From Paramoeba atlantica (Eukaryota > Protista > Discosea): 64,000 nt of DNA. Location of the stretch: contig CDRNVI010000047.1 of NCBI GenBank assembly GCA_977017575.1, forward strand, positions 62,001 through 126,000. Direction: 5' to 3'. Positions 55,401 through 64,000 of this stretch are shown piece after piece (position 1 is the first letter of the stretch; each line of letters begins with the position of its first letter). The notes under the pieces were generated by a model. The model was not told the DNA's origin and did no database searches. It was given only the letters and a program-made list of their open reading frames with translations. A program made the translations under genes and the position numbers.

Positions 55401-58400
55401 GAAGTCGCAAAACTTTGATATGCCTTTTTCTGAAAACCGAAAGCTGAGACCACGCGCAGCACGCAGCGGTGCGCCAAATAAGATTTATGCACTCGTGAGT
55501 GCGCGCTCCGAATGTTGATGGATTTGCGTTGCGCGATCCGAGGCACCGCACACGCAAATCGCCGCGATCGAAGTCGTGAAGTCGCAAAACTTTGATATGC
55601 CTTTTTCTGAGAACCGAAAGCTGAGACCACGCGCAGCACGCAGCGGTGCGCCAAATAAGATTTATGCACTCGTGAGTGCGCGCTCCGAATGTTGATGGAT
55701 TTGCGTTGCGCGATCCGAGGCACCGCACACGCAAATCGCCTCGATTGAAGTCGTGAAGTCACAAAACTTTGATATGCCTTTTTCTGAGAACCGAAAGCTG
55801 AGACCACGCGCAGCACGCAGCGGTGCGCCAAATAAGATTTATGCACTCGTGAGTGCGCGCTCCGAATGTTGATGGATTTGCGTTGCGCGATCCGAGGCAC
55901 CGCACACGCAAATCGCCTCGATTGAAGTCGTGAAGTCGCAAAACTTTGATATGCCTTTTTCTGAAAACCGAAAGCTGAGACCACGCGCAGCACGCAGCGG
56001 TGCGCCAAATAAGATTTATGCACTCGTGAGTGCGCGCTCCGAATGTTGATGGATTTGCGTTGCGCGATCCGAGGCACCGCACACGCAAATCGCCTCGATT
56101 GAAGTCGTGAAGTCGCAAAACTTTGATATGCCTTTTTCTGAGAACCGAAAGCTGAGACCACGCGCAGCACGCAGCGGTGCGCCAAATAAGATTTATGCAC
56201 TCGTGAGTGCGCGCTCCGAATGTTGATGGATTTGCGTTGCGCGATCCGAGGCACCGCACACGCAAATCGCCGCGATCGAAGTCGTGAAGTCGCAAAACTT
56301 TGATATGCCTTTTTCTGAAAACCGAAAGCTGGGACCACGCGCAGCACGCAGCGGTGCGCCAAAGTGGATTTATGCACTCTTGAGTGTGCGCTCCGAGTGT
56401 TGATGGATTAGCGTTGCGCGATCCGAGACAACGCACACGCGAATCGCCGCGATTGAAGTCGTGAAGTCACAAAACTTTGATATGCCTTTTTCTGAGAACC
56501 GAAAGCTGAGACCACGCGCAGCACGCAGCGGTGCGCCAAAGTGGATTTATGCACTCGTGATTGCGCGCTCCGAATGTTGATGGATTTGCGTTGCGCGATC
56601 CGAGGCACCGCACACGCGAATCGCCGCGATCGAAGTCGTGAAGTCGCAAAACTTTGATATGCCTTTTTCTGAAAACCGAAAGCTGAGACCACGCGCAGCA
56701 CGCAGCGGTGCGCCAAAGTGGATTTATGCACTCTTGAGTGTGCGCTGCGAATGTTGATGGATTTGCGTTGCGCGATCCGAGACAACGCACTCGCAAATCG
56801 CCGCGATTGAAGTCGTGAAGTCACAAAATTTTGATATGCCTTTTTCTGAGAACCGAAAGCTGAGACCACGCGCAGCACGCAGCGGTGCGCCAAAGTGGAT
56901 TTATGCACTCGTGAGTGCGCGCTCCGAATGTTGATGGATTTGCGTTGCGCGATCCGAGGCACCGCACACGCAAATCGCCTCGATTGAAGTCGTGAAGTCG
57001 CAAAACTTTGATATGCCTTTTTCTGAGAACCGAAAGCTGAGACCACGCGCAGCACGCAGCGGTGCGCCAAATAAGATTTATGCACTCGTGATTGCGCGCT
57101 CCGAATGTTGATGGATTTGCGTTGCGCGATCCGAGGCACCGCACACGCAAATCGCCGCGATCGAAGTCGTGAAGTCGCAAAACTTTGATATGCCTTTTTC
57201 TGAAAACCGAAAGCTGGGACCACGCGCAGCACGCAGCGGTGCGCCAAAGTGGATTTATGCACTCGTGAGTGTGCGCTCCGAGTGTTGATGGATTTGCGTT
57301 GCGCGATCCGAGACAACGCACACGCGAATCGCCTCGATTGAAGTCGTGAAGTCGCAAAACTTTGATATGCCTTTTTCTGAGAACCGAAAGCTGAGACCAC
57401 GCGCAGCACGCAGCGGTGCGCCAAATAAGATTTATGCACTCGTGAGTGCGCGCTCCGAATGTTGATGGATTTGCGTTGCGCGATCCGAGGCACCGCACAC
57501 GCAAATCGCCGCGATCGAAGTCGTGAAGTCGCAAAACTTTGATATGCCTTTTTCTGAAAACCGAAAGCTGGGACCACGCGCAGCACGCAGCGGTGCGCCA
57601 AAGTGGATTTATGCACTCTTGAGTGTGCGCTCCGAGTGTTGATGGATTAGCGTTGCGCGATCCGAGACAACGCACACGCGAATCGCCGCGATTGAAGTCG
57701 TGAAGTCACAAAACTTTGATATGCCTTTTTCTGAGAACCGAAAGCTGAGACCACGCGCAGCACGCAGCGGTGCGCCAAAGTGGATTTATGCACTCGTGAT
57801 TGCGCGCTCCGAATGTTGATGGATTTGCGTTGCGCGATCCGAGGCACCGCACACGCGAATCGCCGCGATCGAAGTCGTGAAGTCGCAAAACTTTGATATG
57901 CCTTTTTCTGAAAACCGAAAGCTGAGACCACGCGCAGCACGCAGCGGTGCGCCAAAGTGGATTTATGCACTCTTGAGTGTGCGCTGCGAATGTTGATGGA
58001 TTTGCGTTGCGCGATCCGAGACAACGCACTCGCAAATCGCCGCGATTGAAGTCGTGAAGTCACAAAATTTTGATATGCCTTTTTCTGAGAACCGAAAGCT
58101 GAGACCACGCGCAGCACGCAGCGGTGCGCCAAAGTGGATTTATGCACTCGTGAGTGCGCGCTCCGAATGTTGATGGATTTGCGTTGCGCGATCCGAGACA
58201 ACGCACACGCGAATCGCCGCGATTGAAGTCGTGAAGTCACAAAACTTTGATATGCCTTTTTCTGAAAACCAAAAACTGAGACCACGCGCAGCAGCAGCGG
58301 TGCGCCAAAGTGGACTTATGCACTATTGAGTGCGCGCTCCGAATGTTGATGGATTTGCGTTGCGCGATCCGAGACAACGCACACGCGAATCGCCGCGATT

Positions 58401-61400
58401 GAAGTCGTGAAGTCACAAAACTTTGATATGCCTTTTTCTGAAAACCGAAAGCTGAGACCACGCGCAGCACGCAGCGGTGCGCCAAAGTGGATTTATGCAC
58501 TCTTGAGTGTGCGCTGAGAATGTTGATGGATTTGCGTTGCGCGATCCGAGACAACGCACTCGCAAATCGCCGCGATTGAAGTCGTGAAGTCACAAAATTT
58601 TGATATGCCTTTTTCTGAGAACCGAAAGCTGAGACCACGCGCAGCACGCAGCGGTGCGCCAAAGTGGATTTATGCACTCGTGAGTGCGCGCTCCGAATGT
58701 TGATGGATTTGCGTTGCGCGATCCGAGACAACGCACACGCGAATCGCCGCGATTGAAGTCGTGAAGTCACAAAACTTTGATATGCCTTTTTCTGAAAACC
58801 GAAAGCTGAGACCACGCGCAGCACGCAGCGGTGCGCCAAAGTGGATTTATGCACTCTTGAGTGTGCGCTGCGAATGTTGATGGATTTGCGTTGCGCGATC
58901 CGAGACAACGCACTCGCAAATCGCCGCGATTGAAGTCGTGAAGTCACAAAATTTTGATATGCCTTTTTCTGAGAACCGAAAGCTGAGACCACGCGCAGCA
59001 CGCAGCGGTGCGCCAAATAAGATTTATGAACTCGTGATTGAGCGCTCCGAATGTTTATGGATTTGCGTTGCGCGATCCGAGGCACCGCACACGCAAATCG
59101 CCTCGATTAAAGTCGTGAAGTCGCAAAACTTTGATATGCCTTTTTCTGAAAACCGAAAGCTGAGACCACGCGCAGCACGCAGCGGTGCGCCAAATAAGAT
59201 TTATGCACTCGTGAGTGCGCGCTCCGAATGTTGATGGATTTGCGTTGCGCGATCCGAGGCACCGCACACGCAAATCGCCGCGATCGAAGTCGTGAAGTCG
59301 CAAAACTTTGATATGCCTTTTTCTGAGAACCGAAAGCTGAGACCACGCGCAGCACGCAGCGGTGCGCCAAATAAGATTTATGCACTTGTGAGTGCGCGCT
59401 CCGAATGTTGATGGATTTGCGTTGCGCGATCCGAGGCACCGCACACGCAAATCGCCTCGATTGAAGTCGTGAAGTCGCAAAACTTTGATATGCCTTTTTC
59501 TGAAAACCGAAAGCTGAGACCACGCGCAGCACGCAGCGGTGCGCCAAATAAGATTTATGCACTCGTGAGTGCGCGCTCCGAATGTTGATGGATTTGCGTT
59601 GCGCGATCCGAGGCACCGCACACGCAAATCGCCTCGATTGAAGTCGTGAAGTCGCAAAACTTTGATATGCCTTTTTCTGAGAACCGAAAGCTGAGACCAC
59701 GCGCAGCACGCAGCGGTGCGCCAAATAAGATTTATGCACTCGTGAGTGCGCGCTCCGAATGTTGATGGATTTGCGTTGCGCGATCCGAGGCACCGCACAC
59801 GCAAATCGCCTCGATTGAAGTCGTGAAGTCGCAAAACTTTGATATGCCTTTTTCTGAAAACCGAAAGCTGAGACCACGCGCAGCACGCAGCGGTGCGCCA
59901 AATAAGATTTATGCACTCGTGAGTGCGCGCTCCGAATGTTGATGGATTTGCGTTGCGCGATCCGAGGCACCGCACACGCAAATCGCCTCGATTGAAGTCG
60001 TGAAGTCGCAAAACTTTGATATGCCTTTTTCTGAGAACCGAAAGCTGAGACCACGCGCAGCACGCAGCGGTGCGCCAAATAAGATTTATGCACTCGTGAG
60101 TGCGCGCTCCGAATGTTGATGGATTTGCGTTGCGCGATCCGAGGCACCGCACACGCAAATCGCCGCGATCGAAGTCGTGAAGTCGCAAAACTTTGATATG
60201 CCTTTTTCTGAGAACCGAAAGCTGAGACCACGCGCAGCACGCAGCGGTGCGCCAAATAAGATTTATGCACTCGTGAGTGCGCGCTCCGAATGTTGATGGA
60301 TTTGCGTTGCGCGATCCGAGGCACCGCACACGCAAATCGCCTCGATTGAAGTCGTGAAGTCACAAAACTTTGATATGCCTTTTTCTGAGAACCGAAAGCT
60401 GAGACCACGCGCAGCACGCAGCGGTGCGCCAAAGTGGATTTATGCACTCTTGAGTGTGCGCTGTGAATGTTGATGGATTTGCGTTGCGCGATCCGAGACA
60501 ACGCACTCGCAAATCGCCGCGATTGAAGTCGTGAAGTCACAAAATTTTGATATGCCTTTTTCTGAGAACCGAAAGCTGAGACCACGCGCAGCACGCAGCG
60601 GTGCGCCAAATAAGATTTATGAACTCGTGATTGAGCGCTCCGAATGTTTATGGATTTGCGTTGCGCGATCCGAGGCACCGCACACGCAAATCGCCTCGAT
60701 TGAAGTCATGAAGTCGCAAAACTTTGATATGCCTTTTTCTGAGAACCGAAAGCTGAGACCACGCGCAGCACGCAGCGGTGCGCCAAATAAGATTTATGCA
60801 CTCGTGAGTGCGCGCTCCGAATGTTGATGGATTTGCGTTGCGCGATCCGAGGCACCGCACACGCAAATCGCCTCGATTGAAGTCGTGAAGTCGCAAAACT
60901 TTGATATGCCTTTTTCTGAAAACCGAAAGCTGAGACCACGCGCAGCACGCAGCGGTGCGCCAAATAAGATTTATGCACTCGTGAGTGCGCGCTCCGAATG
61001 TTGATGGATTTGCGTTGCGCGATCCGAGGCACCGCACACGCAAATCGCCGCGATCGAAGTCGTGAAGTCGCAAAACTTTGATATGCCTTTTTCTGAGAAC
61101 CGAAAGCTGAGACCACGCGCAGCACGCAGCGGTGCGCCAAATAAGATTTATGCACTCGTGAGTGCGCGCTCCGAATGTTGATGGATTTGCGTTGCGCGAT
61201 CCGAGGCACCGCACACGCAAATCGCCTCGATTGAAGTCGTGAAGTCACAAAACTTTGATATGCCTTTTTCTGAGAACCGAAAGCTGAGACCACGCGCAGC
61301 ACGCAGCGGTGCGCCAAATAAGATTTATGCACTCGTGAGTGCGCGCTCCGAATGTTGATGGATTTGCGTTGCGCGATCCGAGGCACCGCACACGCAAATC

Positions 61401-64000
61401 GCCTCGATTGAAGTCGTGAAGTCGCAAAACTTTGATATGCCTTTTTCTGAAAACCGAAAGCTGAGACCACGCGCAGCACGCAGCGGTGCGCCAAATAAGA
61501 TTTATGCACTCGTGAGTGCGCGCTCCGAATGTTGATGGATTTGCGTTGCGCGATCCGAGGCACCGCACACGCAAATCGCCTCGATCGAAGTCGTGAAGTC
61601 GCAAAACTTTGATATGCCTTTTTCTGAGAACCGAAAGCTGAGACCACGCGCAGCACGCAGCGGTGCGCCAAATAAGATTTATGCACTCGTGAGTGCGCGC
61701 TCCGAATGTTGATGGATTTGCGTTGCGCGATCCGAGGCACCGCACACGCAAATCGCCTCGATTGAAGTCGTGAAGTCGCAAAACTTTGATATGCCTTTTT
61801 CTGAAAACCGAAAGCTGAGACCACGCGCAGCACGCAGCGGTGCGCCAAATAAGATTTATGCACTCGTGAGTGCGCGCTCCGAATGTTGATGGATTTGCGT
61901 TGCGCGATCCGAGGCACCGCACACGCAAATCGCCGCGATCGAAGTCGTGAAGTCGCAAAACTTTGATATGCCTTTTTCTGAGAACCGAAAGCTAAGACCA
62001 CGCGCAGCACGCAGCGGTGCGCCAAATAAGATTTATGCACTCGTGAGTGCGCGCTCCGAATGTTGATGGATTTGCGTTGCGCGATCCGAGGCACCGCACA
62101 CGCGAATCGCCGCGATCGAAGTCGTGAAGTCGCAAAACTTTGATATGCCTTTTTCTGAAAACCGAAAGCTGAGACCACGCGCAGCACGCAGCGGTGCGCC
62201 AAAGTGGATTTATGCACTCTTGAGTGTGCGCTGCGAATGTTGATGGATTTGCGTTGCGCGATCCGAGACAACGCACTCGCAAATCGCCGCGATTGAAGTC
62301 GTGAAGTCACAAAATTTTGATATGCCTTTTTCTGAGAACCGAAAGCTGAGACCACGCGCAGCACGCAGCGGTGCGCCAAAGTGGATTTATGCACTCGTGA
62401 GTGCGCGCTCCGAATGTTGATGGATTTGCGTTGCGCGATCCGAGACAACGCACACGCGAATCGCCGCGATTGAAGTCGTGAAGTCACAAAACTTTGATAT
62501 GCCTTTTTCTGAAAACCAAAAACTGAGACCACGCGCAGCAGCAGCGGTGCGCCAAAGTGGACTTATGCACTATTGAGTGCGCGCTCCGAATGTTGATGGA
62601 TTTGCGTTGCGCGATCCGAGACAACGCACACGCGAATCGCCGCGATTGAAGTCGTGAAGTCACAAAACTTTGATATGCCTTTTTCTGAAAACCGAAAGCT
62701 GAGACCACGCGCAGCACGCAGCGGTGCGCCAAAGTGGATTTATGCACTCTTGAGTGTGCGCTGAGAATGTTGATGGATTTGCGTTGCGCGATCCGAGACA
62801 ACGCACTCGCAAATCGCCGCGATTGAAGTCGTGAAGTCACAAAATTTTGATATGCCTTTTTCTGAGAACCGAAAGCTGAGACCACGCGCAGCACGCAGCG
62901 GTGCGCCAAAGTGGATTTATGCACTCGTGAGTGCGCGCTCCGAATGTTGATGGATTTGCGTTGCGCGATCCGAGACAACGCACACGCGAATCGCCGCGAT
63001 TGAAGTCGTGAAGTCACAAAACTTTGATATGCCTTTTTCTGAAAACCGAAAGCTGAGACCACGCGCAGCACGCAGCGGTGCGCCAAAGTGGATTTATGCA
63101 CTCTTGAGTGTGCGCTGCGAATGTTGATGGATTTGCGTTGCGCGATCCGAGACAACGCACTCGCAAATCGCCGCGATTGAAGTCGTGAAGTCACAAAATT
63201 TTGATATGCCTTTTTCTGAGAACCGAAAGCTGAGACCACGCGCAGCACGCAGCGGTGCGCCAAATAAGATTTATGAACTCGTGATTGAGCGCTCCGAATG
63301 TTTATGGATTTGCGTTGCGCGATCCGAGGCACCGCACACGCAAATCGCCTCGATTAAAGTCGTGAAGTCGCAAAACTTTGATATGCCTTTTTCTGAAAAC
63401 CGAAAGCTGAGACCACGCGCAGCACGCAGCGGTGCGCCAAATAAGATTTATGCACTCGTGAGTGCGCGCTCCGAATGTTGATGGATTTGCGTTGCGCGAT
63501 CCGAGGCACCGCACACGCAAATCGCCGCGATCGAAGTCGTGAAGTCGCAAAACTTTGATATGCCTTTTTCTGAGAACCGAAAGCTGAGACCACGCGCAGC
63601 ACGCAGCGGTGCGCCAAATAAGATTTATGCACTTGTGAGTGCGCGCTCCGAATGTTGATGGATTTGCGTTGCGCGATCCGAGGCACCGCACACGCAAATC
63701 GCCTCGATTGAAGTCGTGAAGTCGCAAAACTTTGATATGCCTTTTTCTGAAAACCGAAAGCTGAGACCACGCGCAGCACGCAGCGGTGCGCCAAATAAGA
63801 TTTATGCACTCGTGAGTGCGCGCTCCGAATGTTGATGGATTTGCGTTGCGCGATCCGAGGCACCGCACACGCAAATCGCCTCGATTGAAGTCGTGAAGTC
63901 GCAAAACTTTGATATGCCTTTTTCTGAGAACCGAAAGCTGAGACCACGCGCAGCACGCAGCGGTGCGCCAAATAAGATTTATGCACTCGTGAGTGCGCGC
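49426..64000. repeat. 177-bp satellite (176-bp variants) with higher-order repeats, running off the window
   Basis: Monomer period read directly; identical ORF-track blocks recur at 529, 1416, 4247 and 4955 bp. Confidence 0.99.

Noticed and set aside
49167-63986. Many 59-aa-repeat ORFs in the satellite
   Set aside because: 177 is divisible by 3, and 176-bp variants shift the frame freely, so there is no sign of coding selection.
6210-64000. CRISPR arrays
   Set aside because: Repeats are contiguous with no unique spacers, there are no cas genes, and the context is eukaryotic.
49426-64000. Identity with the Trypanosoma brucei 177-bp repeat
   Set aside because: Only the length matches; that repeat is AT-rich and this one is not.

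Overview
This is eukaryotic repeat-rich DNA with no host housekeeping gene, rRNA, tRNA or CRISPR. Positions 1-49.4 kb are a nested stack of retrotransposons in and around an 18-bp tandem repeat, (TTGTAAGACCTTTCCTTA)n. Positions 49.4-64 kb are a 177-bp satellite. Three retroelement classes are present: (i) tyrosine-recombinase retrotransposons with the VIPER-type order gag-YR-RT/RNase H (my labels V1-V7), with split direct repeats and no true TSD; (ii) CRE/SLACS/CZAR-type non-LTR elements with a restriction-like endonuclease (R1-R3, C1); (iii) APE-RT-RNase H LINEs. There are also two GG-ended MITEs with 8-bp TSDs. A kinetoplastid/diplonemid-like spliced-leader sequence caps three independent inserts, suggesting a euglenozoan host (inference). 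The strongest candidate for an undescribed system is a conserved recoding cassette at the gag end of all five coding YR elements. It consists of a G_GNU_UUU slippery site, a 6-7 nt spacer and two covarying helices with pseudoknot topology, with the gag stop between them. YR lies in the gag frame behind that single stop, while RT/RNase H lies in the -1 frame and stays open across the whole YR gene. One RNA could therefore give Gag, Gag-YR and Gag-Pol. The same elements share an inverted-arm/16-nt/arm junction signal. Coordinates were counted by hand (allow a few bp) and no database searches were run.
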